Shown: positions 49,801 through 58,794 of the stretch, in pieces
How the letters are laid out: each line of letters opens with the position of its first letter
Position numbering within the stretch: the first letter of the stretch is position 1
Source: Candidatus Bathyarchaeota archaeon
GTDB lineage: Archaea > Thermoproteota > Bathyarchaeia > Bathyarchaeales > Bathycorpusculaceae
Direction: 5' to 3'
Length of the DNA stretch: 64,000 nucleotides
Assembly (NCBI GenBank): GCA_963720565.1
Contig: CAVRFW010000009.1
Location: 32,001 to 96,000, forward strand
The notes under the pieces: generated by a model
What the model was told of the DNA's origin: nothing
What the model saw: only the letters and a program-made list of their open reading frames with translations
The model's database searches: none
Translations under genes and position numbers: made by a program

Positions 49801-51698
49801 TTTTCCGCCTCCACACGTTTTATTGACTGAATCGGGCAGAGTTTTGAGCAGACAGAGCATCCATCGCATATATCCGCAGAAATTCGCGGTTGTTGTTCAT
49901 CATCAATTTCATACGCCGGACAATAGAATGTTCTTAAGCAAACATACGGTCTCTTGCAAATTTGCTTATCAACATAAAAAGGAACAATCTTTTCGCCCCT
50001 TCTCCTTTTATTCCGGTCGCCGTATAGAGCGCACTCTCTTCTGGATATAACAACAGCAAGTCCATCGTACTCCAATGCCTTTCTGAACACTTCTACATTG
50101 TTCTTAACGTCGTAAGAGTCTACTATCTCGAGGAATTCGACCCCTATTGCCTTGCAGATGTTCTCTATGGAAACCTTTTTCCCCTGTCGCCCACCAGCCG
50201 TGAACTCGGTTGATGGATTAGACTGCTGTCCAGTCATAGCCGTCACAGAATTATCCAAAATCACTAATGTGAACTTGTTTCCGTTGTGAACTGCGTCGAT
50301 GAGCGCAGGAATAGCCGCGTGATAGAACGTAGAGTCTCCAACCGCCGCCACAACTCTCTCTTCAATCACATGTGACAAACCATTAGCTACTCCTACTGAA
50401 GCGCCCATGCAAAGAGAGCTATCCGTCATCGATATTGGCGGGAACACCCACATAGAGTAACAGCCTATGTCATTCGAAAAGTAATGCTCTTGCCCCTTAG
50501 ACGCTTGAATTCTAAGCGCTTGACTAAGCGCGACGAATGTAGCCCTGTGTGGGCAACCTGCACAGAACGTTGGATACCTATCCGGGATTGTTGACTTGAA
50601 CTGTTTCGCCTCTTGGACAATCTGCTCGTATCCAGGGTATGCAATATCTAGTGCCGCTGCAATTCCCTTGGCAACGATGCTGGGGTTGTATTCCCAAGCC
50701 TCTGAAAAAGTCCCTGAACTCTTTCCGAAAATCTTAAGTGACGAGTTGATGTCCTTCGCCAAAACGAATATCTCCTTTTCCAAGTAAGGTGAAAGCTCCT
50801 CGACGACAATTACTTCATTCAAGGTTCTAATGAAATTGGCTATTGTTTCTTTGGGAAGCGGGTAAGTGGTACCTAGTTTCAATATTCTGACTTTGTCGTT
50901 GAGGTATAGCATCTTCAATGCTTCAAGCACGTAAAGGTACGAGACAGAAGACGTTACAATTCCAACCTTAGACTCCGAATTATGTGTTAGATTGAACTCA
51001 GACTTCTCAAACTCTTGCAATAATCTTGCCGAACGCTCCAACATCCTAAGCTTCTTCTGTCGAGCAACTTCTCCGAGTGTTGTGTACTCTTCTTTCAACT
51101 CTTTCCACTTGACTTTCTTGAATTCGCTCCTTTCTATGTTGTCTAACTTGACGATTCCGCTTTGATGGTTTACCCGTGTAACCGTGCGGATTATCACGGG
51201 AACCCTGTGTCTTTCCGAGATTTCGAATGCTTTTTTTACCATGTCCTTAGCTTCTTGAGGCGTAGAAGGTTCAAGCATAGGCAAGTAAGTGTTCGGTGCG
51301 AAAAATCTGCCGTCCTCCTCTGACTGAGAAGAGTGCGCATGGGGGTCATCCGCCATGACTATGACAAGTCCTCCCCTCACGCCAGTGTAGCCGAGGACGA
51401 AGAGCATGTCAGAAGCAACGTTTGCTCCGACACTCTTCATGGCTGTAAGGCTTCTTACACCGGCAAAAGCTGCGCCTGCGCATATTTCAAGGGCAACCTT
51501 CTCGTTAGTGGCGATTTCCATCTGATAGTCAAAGCTCCCCAGCGCGTCGGAAAAAGTGTCCAGAATTTCTGAAGCGGGTGCACCTGGATAGAAAGCGACG
51601 ACTTTTACGTCTGCTTCCAATGCGCCCCTCGCAATCGCTTCATTGCAGAGCATGAAAGCGTTTTTGTTTTCTTTAGATAGCACGTCTTTTAGAACCAT
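49797..51698 (-). CDS. iorA: Indolepyruvate:ferredoxin oxidoreductase alpha subunit
   Basis: NEAIARGA, NEKVALE, FCAGCPHR, DIGCY, GDSTFYH, DNSVTAMTGQQ, C-terminal ferredoxin. Confidence 0.95.
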   Translation of the reverse strand: MVLKDVLSKENKNAFMLCNEAIARGALEADVKVVAFYPGAPASEILDTFSDALGSFDYQMEIATNEKVALEICAGAAFAGVRSLTAMKSVGANVASDMLFVLGYTGVRGGLVIVMADDPHAHSSQSEEDGRFFAPNTYLPMLEPSTPQEAKDMVKKAFEISERHRVPVIIRTVTRVNHQSGIVKLDNIERSEFKKVKWKELKEEYTTLGEVARQKKLRMLERSARLLQEFEKSEFNLTHNSESKVGIVTSSVSYLYVLEALKMLYLNDKVRILKLGTTYPLPKETIANFIRTLNEVIVVEELSPYLEKEIFVLAKDINSSLKIFGKSSGTFSEAWEYNPSIVAKGIAAALDIAYPGYEQIVQEAKQFKSTIPDRYPTFCAGCPHRATFVALSQALRIQASKGQEHYFSNDIGCYSMWVFPPISMTDSSLCMGASVGVANGLSHVIEERVVAAVGDSTFYHAAIPALIDAVHNGNKFTLVILDNSVTAMTGQQSNPSTEFTAGGRQGKKVSIENICKAIGVEFLEIVDSYDVKNNVEVFRKALEYDGLAVVISRRECALYGDRNKRRRGEKIVPFYVDKQICKRPYVCLRTFYCPAYEIDDEQQPRISADICDGCSVCSKLCPIQSIKRVEAEK

Positions 51699-51805
51699 AA
51701 ATACAGTTTGTCTTGACTGGTAATAAGTTTAGTGCAAGCAGCGCGTTAGAGAGAAAAGGTGTTGAACAACGATATATTTAAACGCCTTACATCAAGATAT
51801 TAATT

Positions 51806-53332
51806 ATGAGCAGTAACGAGGAACCCAAAGTCGATCGCTTTATTGCTTACAATGTTCTGAAGAAGAAGATAATTGACTCTGACTTTTGCACGCTCTGCGG
51901 AGCCTGCGAAGCAGTCTGCCCCGTTAACGCTGTCCAGATTGAAGGGGACCAAGTTAAGCGAGTGCACAACTGCGCCGACGACTTAGACTTGTGTCCAATA
52001 TGCTACGAAATCTGCCCACACTCAGAAGCGCTTCTCCTAAGAATCCTAAAGAGAGTGTCAAAAGCTCCACTAAAGAACGAAGCTTTCGGTTACTATCGAA
52101 AAATCGTTATCGCACAAGCAGCGGACGAGAACCTGAGAGTTCAGAGCAGTGGCGGTGGCGTTGTTACCGCCCTCTTGAAATTTGGCGTGGAAACCAAGGA
52201 GTTTGACAGCGCAATAGTATCTTCTGCAGAGCAAGAGAGTCCATCTACGCCTAAGGCATCGGTTGCTTTGGTTCCTGATGATGTAATTTCAGCAATTGGC
52301 AGCAAGTTTTTTCCTTCTTCAGTTGCAAAGGCTTACGGAAGCGCAGTATTGGGGTACGGAAAAACAAAGATTGCCTACGTCGGGGTTCCCTGCCACACCC
52401 GTGCCCTTCGCAAAATAGAAGCTTGGCAACATAAGATAGGGCAGAGTCTGAAGATAAGCATCGGTCTATTCTGCTTCGGAACCTTTTCACACGCTCCTCT
52501 GTTGGAGCATTTGGAAAGAAAGTACAAGATTAATGCTGCAGACATTAAGCAGATACGTTTATCAAAAGATTTTGTGATTCACACAGCCAAAGGCATCGTA
52601 AGAATTCCACTTCAGGAGATAGAAGAGCATATTATGCCTAGTTGTGGTGTGTGTACCGATTTCACCGATGAACTCGCCGACATTTCCGTTGGAGGCGCAT
52701 ATCCACTGGAAGGATGGTCTACAGTGATTATCAGAACTAAGATTGGAGAAGACTTCTTCAACACAGCTGTGGAAAAAGGGGTTCTGAAAGTTCAACCGAT
52801 AGAAGACCAGCCGAGTGTTTATGAACGAGTCATTCGAGCAGCAATGCAGAAAAGAACTGCTGGACTCAAGAAAGCCGGAGAACTCGAGAAAACCTATGGA
52901 TACACTTTTGTATCTACGATTCCGCTTAGAGAAACCGAATCTCTCGCTCGTGTAAAAGTTGAGGATGTTATGACTCGAGATGTCGTAACAGTAAATGAAA
53001 AACTAACAATCGACAAGCTACTGGACTTGATGGTGAGGGAACACCACTTCGGATACCCAGTTCTTGATGAGAAAGGTGATTTGGTTGGAGTGGTAACGTT
53101 GGAAGAGGCTTCGCAGATTGAAAAGCAGAAGAGGCGCGAAATAAGAGTTGAACAAGTAATGCGCAGAAAAATTGTCACAGTAATACCGGGCGAAACCGGA
53201 CTTGACGTCTTCAAGAAGATGAGCGAGCAAGAGATGGGCCGCGCGGTTGTGGTTGACCCGAACAACAGCTCCCAACTGCTTGGAATAGTTACCAAATCCG
53301 ATCTAATAGAAGTACTATTGAACCAGTCATAA
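51806..53332 (+). CDS. FrhB/FdhB-family F420-binding subunit with N-terminal ferredoxin and C-terminal CBS pair
   Basis: CTLCGACEAVCP; SGGGVVTAL, GSKF, VGVPCH, IGLFC, CGVCTDF..ADISVG; then VEDVMTRDV..YPVLD..GIVTKSDL. Confidence 0.88.
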   Translation: MSSNEEPKVDRFIAYNVLKKKIIDSDFCTLCGACEAVCPVNAVQIEGDQVKRVHNCADDLDLCPICYEICPHSEALLLRILKRVSKAPLKNEAFGYYRKIVIAQAADENLRVQSSGGGVVTALLKFGVETKEFDSAIVSSAEQESPSTPKASVALVPDDVISAIGSKFFPSSVAKAYGSAVLGYGKTKIAYVGVPCHTRALRKIEAWQHKIGQSLKISIGLFCFGTFSHAPLLEHLERKYKINAADIKQIRLSKDFVIHTAKGIVRIPLQEIEEHIMPSCGVCTDFTDELADISVGGAYPLEGWSTVIIRTKIGEDFFNTAVEKGVLKVQPIEDQPSVYERVIRAAMQKRTAGLKKAGELEKTYGYTFVSTIPLRETESLARVKVEDVMTRDVVTVNEKLTIDKLLDLMVREHHFGYPVLDEKGDLVGVVTLEEASQIEKQKRREIRVEQVMRRKIVTVIPGETGLDVFKKMSEQEMGRAVVVDPNNSSQLLGIVTKSDLIEVLLNQS

Positions 53333-53406
53333 CAAACACCAAAACAGGACCAATTGGCAACCCAAATGTTAAGCGTTTCCTGATCGAACTTGAAAGGGGG
53401 TTAGGC

Positions 53407-54186
53407 ATGCCTTTCAGAGCAAGAATCAAAGAAATTGCAAAGAAAAACGAGTCCAACATTGTCTTAGCGCTGGATTTCCCATTTCACAATCCAGAAAAAC
53501 GCGGAGAGCTTTTCGGCAAAGCACAGAGTGTTCTGGAGTCTGTTCATCCATACATATGCGCTGTGAAAATAAACCATCATCTGGTTCTTCCTCTCGGCAC
53601 TTTTGAAGGGGTCCAGCAACTCGTAGAGAAGATTCATGAGGAAGGACTGCTAGCAATCATGGACTGCAAAGTAAACGATATAGGCTCAACGAACCAGGTC
53701 ATAGCTGAATATTATTACTCTGCAGGTTTCGATGCGCTCATTGCAAATCCGTTCGTAGGCTGGGAGGAAGGATTGCAACCTATCTTCAGCGTCGCGCGAA
53801 AACTTCAACGTGGTGTGATACTTCTAACGTATATGAGTCATCGCGGAGCAAATGAAGGCTATGGTCAGACAATATACGACTTGGAAACAAATGCAAAGGG
53901 CGCACAATACATTTCTTTCGCAAGAAAAGCCCTAAGATGGGGTGCTGATGGCGTGGTTGTAGGAGCAACATACCCCGATAAGATAAGGGAAATACACGAG
54001 ATACTGAAGGAAAAGGTGCCTATTTACTCGCCTGGCATTGGTGCTCAAGGTGGGGCAGTGGAGAAAGCCATGGATGCTGGTGCAAATTACCTTATTGTAG
54101 GGCGTGAGATAACTCTTGCAGACAACCCTTCAGATAAAGCAAAGAGATTCAAAGAGTCAATTAAACATAAAGTCATATTCGGATGA
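53407..54186 (+). CDS. pyrF: Orotidine-5'-phosphate decarboxylase
   Basis: LALD, DCKVNDIGST, VVGATYP, PGIGAQGG, IVGR. Confidence 0.93.
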   Translation: MPFRARIKEIAKKNESNIVLALDFPFHNPEKRGELFGKAQSVLESVHPYICAVKINHHLVLPLGTFEGVQQLVEKIHEEGLLAIMDCKVNDIGSTNQVIAEYYYSAGFDALIANPFVGWEEGLQPIFSVARKLQRGVILLTYMSHRGANEGYGQTIYDLETNAKGAQYISFARKALRWGADGVVVGATYPDKIREIHEILKEKVPIYSPGIGAQGGAVEKAMDAGANYLIVGREITLADNPSDKAKRFKESIKHKVIFG

Positions 54187-54211
54187 AGGCTGTCAGAGAT
54201 TTGCTTGGAGC

Positions 54212-54367
54212 TTATCGGCCACTGCGTTTCTCCCAGAGCTCTTTTTTCAGCAGATCCCTAACCGATGATCTTATTACTGAACTTCTGCTTGGATACATGT
54301 TAGCTCGCACAAGCTCGTCCAAACCTTCGAGATAAGCCTCTGGTAGAAGAACCGTTACAAGTTTCAA
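54212..54367 (-). CDS. 51-aa ribbon-helix-helix (CopG/CdrS-like) regulator (not in ORF track)
   Basis: MKLVTVLLPEAYLEGLDELVRANMYPSRSSVIRSSVRDLLKKELWEKRSGR; GAGGAGG upstream. Confidence 0.85.
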   Translation of the reverse strand: MKLVTVLLPEAYLEGLDELVRANMYPSRSSVIRSSVRDLLKKELWEKRSGR

Positions 54368-54385
54368 CCATTTCCCTCCTCAATT

Positions 54386-54403
54386 ATGTTACGCATATAA
54401 CAT
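54386..54403. promoter_or_regulatory. Palindrome between TATA box and RHH gene
   Basis: ATGTTA-N6-TAACAT just downstream of minus-strand TTTTATAT. Confidence 0.5.
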
Positions 54404-54522
54404 GTGACAAATATAAAACTTGACATGGAACGGTGACCTCTACTTTCTTAACCTCCAACATGTTGGAGTTATTGCTAAAAACACAGTATAAGATGGCGCA
54501 GGTTGTTATAAATTATTCATTT

Positions 54523-54981
54523 TTAAGGGTTGTATTTTTCGCAGTACACTTCTGCAGTTGGATAAATTTCGCTCACGCGTTGAAACCGTTTCCTAGCGTT
54601 GATTTTGTCCTCGGTCTTAACAACATCACTCATCTTGCTAAAGCGCTCAGTCTTGCCGTCTTCTCGTTTTCTTTCAATCTTTATGCAGTCCTTAACCATG
54701 CAGCTTAACACGCAGGCACTGCAGTACACACATAGCTCGTCAATAACCCCCACCTCGCCTGTCTTCCAGTAAAGTGCGCTTGTAGGACATGCCTTAATGC
54801 AGAGCTTGCATTCTAATCCCCAGCATGTTCGTTTGTCGATACTGATTTTTCCTTCTGGAAAATATTCTTTCACACCAGCTGTGGCTAACATCTGTTCTCG
54901 CTGTTTCTTCTTCGTCCCCTTTTCTTCCTTTTCCAAGAGCAAACCAAAAATGTCAATGGACGGGGCGCTCTTCTCAGGCAT
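54523..54981 (-). CDS. 4Fe-4S dicluster ferredoxin-like protein
   Basis: CWGLECKLCIKACP and CVYCSACVLSC. Confidence 0.85.
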   Translation of the reverse strand: MPEKSAPSIDIFGLLLEKEEKGTKKKQREQMLATAGVKEYFPEGKISIDKRTCWGLECKLCIKACPTSALYWKTGEVGVIDELCVYCSACVLSCMVKDCIKIERKREDGKTERFSKMSDVVKTEDKINARKRFQRVSEIYPTAEVYCEKYNP

Positions 54982-55197
54982 CTGAAATCCTCATTAAACC
55001 ATCGCAGCTTACAGCGTATAATACTCATGAATTATAATTACTTATCTCAGCTCAACTTTGGAAAAGATCATTTGAAGAGTCAGGGCAAAGAGTAAACATC
55101 TTGACGACATTCATCCAATAGACAAGGTGTTTGTAAAGCAAAAAAATAAGTGACAAAAAAATTCTGTTTTCTATGGAAACCGGATTAAGCTATGAGC

Positions 55198-55335
55198 TTA
55201 ATATCTTCGCGGCGGCCTTCTTTTGGCGTAGCACTCTCGGCAATAAACTGGTCTGCTTCCGTCTGGCTTGAAGGGAACGTCACATTCCTTTCCACAGTCG
55301 GCGCAGGTTGCCTTGTGCATTTCTTTCTTATACAT
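55198..55335 (-). CDS. CxxC-x17-CxxC zinc-ribbon small protein (not in ORF track)
   Basis: MYKKEMHKATCADCGKECDVPFKPDGSRPVYCRECYAKRRPPRRY; GGAG upstream. Confidence 0.9.
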   Translation of the reverse strand: MYKKEMHKATCADCGKECDVPFKPDGSRPVYCRECYAKRRPPRRY

Positions 55336-55564
55336 TATGTTGTTTCAACTCCTCTGTCCTGTTATGTGCAAAATACTTTTGCACAATTGAGATATGAAGC
55401 ACTATGTTTTAAACTTATCCACGTTCTAATGCTCAATTTCTATGATGTCAGATCTGGAAAGAATAGTGTTGAAGAAATTAGGGCTATTCCGGAGTCTTTG
55501 CTGCGCAAGGTTTTTGAGAAATCAGCAATTTTCATTAAACAGAAATACATTAGATTAATCAGAT

Positions 55565-56209
55565 GTGCAGTTGAGAAGAATTAACTTTGTAATATTCGGG
55601 TGCATTGTTGTTTCTCTTGTTTTCTGGTTTACCAACCCAGACCTCATACTGGAACATCTCGCCTTCAGCGGAGATAACCTGATTCGAGGAAGAGTCTGGA
55701 CGATGATTACCTCCCTTTTCATCCACGCCGACCCCCTTCACCTCATTGGCAACATGCTTTTTCTCTATGTATTTGGCAATACAATAGAAGAGGAACTAGG
55801 ATCTAACAAGACAATAGGCGCATTTTTCTTTGGAGGAATCTTATCTTTTCTTCTCAGTCTACTGTTTTACAATCCATCGGTTCCCTTGATCGGAGCGTCA
55901 GCGGCTATATTTACACTTGCTTCAATAGTCATGCTTACTAAACCTCTTAAATTCTCGATTATACTCTTTATGCCTCAGGGTCTCGTGGCCATTCTCTATT
56001 TCGTCTACAACGCGATCGCCGTGTATTCTGGAGCTGAAGGTAATGTAGCATACATCTCCCACATGATAGGTTTCGCAATAGGTATTCCCTTTGGGCTGTC
56101 ATGGAGCAAAGACTGGATTAGAAATCTTCTAATAACCTTAGCACTGTTGGCGGCATACATCCTTATAGTAATCATTCTGGTTCCCTATGTTCTCAGCTTG
56201 ATCACATAA
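55565..56209 (+). CDS. Rhomboid intramembrane serine protease
   Basis: FIHADPLHLIGNM, GASAA (Ser), AYISHMIG (His). Confidence 0.92.
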   Translation: MQLRRINFVIFGCIVVSLVFWFTNPDLILEHLAFSGDNLIRGRVWTMITSLFIHADPLHLIGNMLFLYVFGNTIEEELGSNKTIGAFFFGGILSFLLSLLFYNPSVPLIGASAAIFTLASIVMLTKPLKFSIILFMPQGLVAILYFVYNAIAVYSGAEGNVAYISHMIGFAIGIPFGLSWSKDWIRNLLITLALLAAYILIVIILVPYVLSLIT

Positions 56210-56322
56210 ACACAGTTCTGGCCTCTGCAAAACAGCTAGGCATAGTAACGACAATTGTGCGCGTCCTCAAACATATTCCTTATAACCAAGATAGTGCACC
56301 CTTCAAAAGGGCGAAAGTAAGA

Positions 56323-56508
56323 ATGTGTGAATTTAACGTCATCCTCAACGGAAAGACACTCTTCAAAGATGTAGTATACGCCAAAGTCGAAGGCAACAAC
56401 GTTACTGTTAGGAACGTGTTAGGAGAAGCCAAACTATTCCAAAACTGCCTGATAATCGAAGTCGACGTAAACTCAGCCCGGCTAGTTCTGGAAGCCTTGA
56501 AATCATAG
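56323..56508 (+). CDS. CooT-family nickel-binding protein
   Basis: N-terminal MCE, DVV, NVLGE; 61 aa. Confidence 0.75.
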   Translation: MCEFNVILNGKTLFKDVVYAKVEGNNVTVRNVLGEAKLFQNCLIIEVDVNSARLVLEALKS

Positions 56509-56590
56509 AAGCCCAGATGAGCAACCTCTTTCACATGGAGCTCAACCATTGACTGTATGCGCTCTTGACTGCCAGAGGCGGTGAAAGCGG

Positions 56591-56857
56591 TTGGCGTTCT
56601 ACGTATACATACTTCTGTGCATTGATGGAAGCTTCTACACCGGTTACACAAAGAATATTCAAGTAAGAACACGACTCCACGTCAACGGCAAAGGCGCTAG
56701 GTACACGAAAGCTCACAAGCCACAAAAAGTCGTCTATGTTGAGCTCTTTGATTCTACTGCAAAAGCTATGAAGCGTGAGAAAGAGATAAAGAAGATGTCA
56801 CATAAGCAAAAGCTCCAACTTGTCAACTTCCAAAAAGATGATGAACAACCTAAGTAG
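56591..56857 (+). CDS. GIY-YIG nuclease (UPF0213/YazA-like)
   Basis: YVYILLC.DGSFYTGYT..R..H..GKGARYTK..AMKRE. Confidence 0.9.
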   Translation: MAFYVYILLCIDGSFYTGYTKNIQVRTRLHVNGKGARYTKAHKPQKVVYVELFDSTAKAMKREKEIKKMSHKQKLQLVNFQKDDEQPK

Positions 56858-56913
56858 TGCTTTGTTGGAGAAAGTTTGATAAAAACGTTGAAGAATTATT
56901 ATTTGGTGATCTT

Positions 56914-57387
56914 ATGCCAACAAAGAAGCGGTCTTGGAACGAGAAGCTAAATGAAAGCACGGGGCTTCCCCGAGTAGAGAAAATCACAGACAAAATGAGC
57001 AAAAAGTGGGGAGAAGGTACGGTTGCAATTCCAGCCCCCATAGAGGTGGATGAGATAATGCGGGGAATTCCATCAGGAAAATTAACAACCATAAATGACA
57101 TACGTTTTGCCCTCGCAAAAAAACACAAAGCCACCATCGGTTGCCCTATGACTACAGGTATATTCGCATGGATCGCTGCCTATGCAGCAGACGAGAGAAA
57201 ACGATGCGGTGAGAAGAACATAACGCCTTACTGGCGAACGTTAAAATCAGGAGGCTTATTGAACGAAAAATATCCAGGCGGAATCGAAGCGCACAGACAA
57301 CTCCTGGAGAAGGAAGGGCACACTATAGTTGCCAAAGGAAAGAAATTCATGGTTCTCAATTACGAAGAATCCTTAATCCACATGTGA
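56914..57387 (+). CDS. MGMT/ATL-like alkylated-DNA binding protein lacking the catalytic Cys
   Basis: IPSGKLTT, CPMTTGIF, TPYWRTLK, LLEKEGH. Confidence 0.8.
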   Translation: MPTKKRSWNEKLNESTGLPRVEKITDKMSKKWGEGTVAIPAPIEVDEIMRGIPSGKLTTINDIRFALAKKHKATIGCPMTTGIFAWIAAYAADERKRCGEKNITPYWRTLKSGGLLNEKYPGGIEAHRQLLEKEGHTIVAKGKKFMVLNYEESLIHM

Positions 57388-57405
57388 AAAGACGGCGCAA
57401 TTTTG

Positions 57406-58650
57406 TTATGCTATAAACCATAATGCCAAACCAGTGAATACTGGTATTAGGATGTTATCGTTTACTGGCAAAGGCAACCATTCGACGGTCATTGCAACCG
57501 CAGCGCCAATTAGAGCCCAAAATGGAGATATGTAGACTGACCCCGCCAAAAAGGCAAAAAAGAAACCAGCTAGCGACCCCTCCAGAGTTTTGCCTTTGTT
57601 AAACGGTAGAGGTGTTCTAGAAATGAGTCCTCCGAAAATTGATGCTGTGCTATCGCCTAGAGCAAATATGGCAATGGCTGCGCTACTTGCGGGAGCGGGA
57701 AACAACAATAATGCTGCAAGTATGCCTATTGCAAAGTATATTGGTGCAGCTGCAAAATCGTACATTTCTGATTGAGAAGCTGCACGACGTGTTATAGCTG
57801 AAATAACCGGCAGATTCTTCCCGTCTAACCTTGACAATTCGGAAACAGCATAAAGCGTTATCACTCCGAAAATCAGCAAAGCAACAATTGGCAGACCGAT
57901 AAGGCTGGAGATTAATGGCACAAAGAATCCTGAAGCGTGAATTGCCTCCCTAACGAAATCATTTCTAGAAAGAACTGGTTTCTTCTTCGGTTCTCCTGTA
58001 ATGACCGGCAGGATTTTGGAGAGGTGCCCTGTAACTACATCGTCGGCTTTGATACGCAAAAGGAAGTCTGGGTTGTATCCTATCTTGAGGGTTTCGGGAA
58101 GAAAAATTGAAGCGTTGTTGCGATCATCAGCCACAACTGCGCAGTCAGATGGACTCAGCCCTTCAGCACTTATAGCTTGAGAAAAAACCCGGAGTTTTCC
58201 GTTCGTTTCTATGACATCACCCCAGATTTCACCAGTCAATGTCCCGCTGTTTGCACCCACTTCAAACCCAAACCCGCTGTCTGCCCCGACTGTGTTGGCT
58301 AGTCTTTTGACAAGGGCATCCGGTAATCCTGAGCTTATTAGCGCAGTTTTGCAGCCTACTGCTCTAAGCTGGTTAAAAACTTCTCTGACATGTGGCATTA
58401 GGGGAATTCTATCAGCAATCTGCTCAAGGAATTCGATTTTCGAATCTCGTAAACACATGAAACTGCGTTTTAATGCCACTTTCAGTGTGATGGCGCCTAC
58501 CTGATAAAGAAACCCCGCAAAAACTATCTTCATCAGTCTTGAAATACCCAAGCTTTTGCCCGCTTCAAAGAAGAATCGATTTTTCGAAATCAGCACTCCC
58601 TCAACATCGAAGACTACAAACAACGGTTTTCTGGTTTTTGCCATCTGCAC
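57406..58650 (-). CDS. Fusion of SerB-like HAD domain and CTP-dependent polyprenol/DAG kinase (SEC59/DGK1/VTE5) domain
   Basis: VFDVEGVL, ALISSG, LTGEIWG; then REAIH, ALGDSTASIFG, KGKTLEGS, NDNILIP. Confidence 0.85.
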   Translation of the reverse strand: MQMAKTRKPLFVVFDVEGVLISKNRFFFEAGKSLGISRLMKIVFAGFLYQVGAITLKVALKRSFMCLRDSKIEFLEQIADRIPLMPHVREVFNQLRAVGCKTALISSGLPDALVKRLANTVGADSGFGFEVGANSGTLTGEIWGDVIETNGKLRVFSQAISAEGLSPSDCAVVADDRNNASIFLPETLKIGYNPDFLLRIKADDVVTGHLSKILPVITGEPKKKPVLSRNDFVREAIHASGFFVPLISSLIGLPIVALLIFGVITLYAVSELSRLDGKNLPVISAITRRAASQSEMYDFAAAPIYFAIGILAALLLFPAPASSAAIAIFALGDSTASIFGGLISRTPLPFNKGKTLEGSLAGFFFAFLAGSVYISPFWALIGAAVAMTVEWLPLPVNDNILIPVFTGLALWFIA

Positions 58651-58794
58651 GTGTTTTTCACATCTGCTGAACTGTACAGCTTAATTGCAAGGGGCTTAAA
58701 TTTGTTTTACAGTTAGAATGGATTGCGATCCATTGGGCAACCCGTGCTGCTAAGATGTTTGACTGCAAATAGTGCTTCCTTTTATCTGTTCAAT

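Noticed and set aside
55192..55584. 130-aa plus-strand ORF
   Set aside because: Overlaps the clear CxxC-x17-CxxC gene on the opposite strand.
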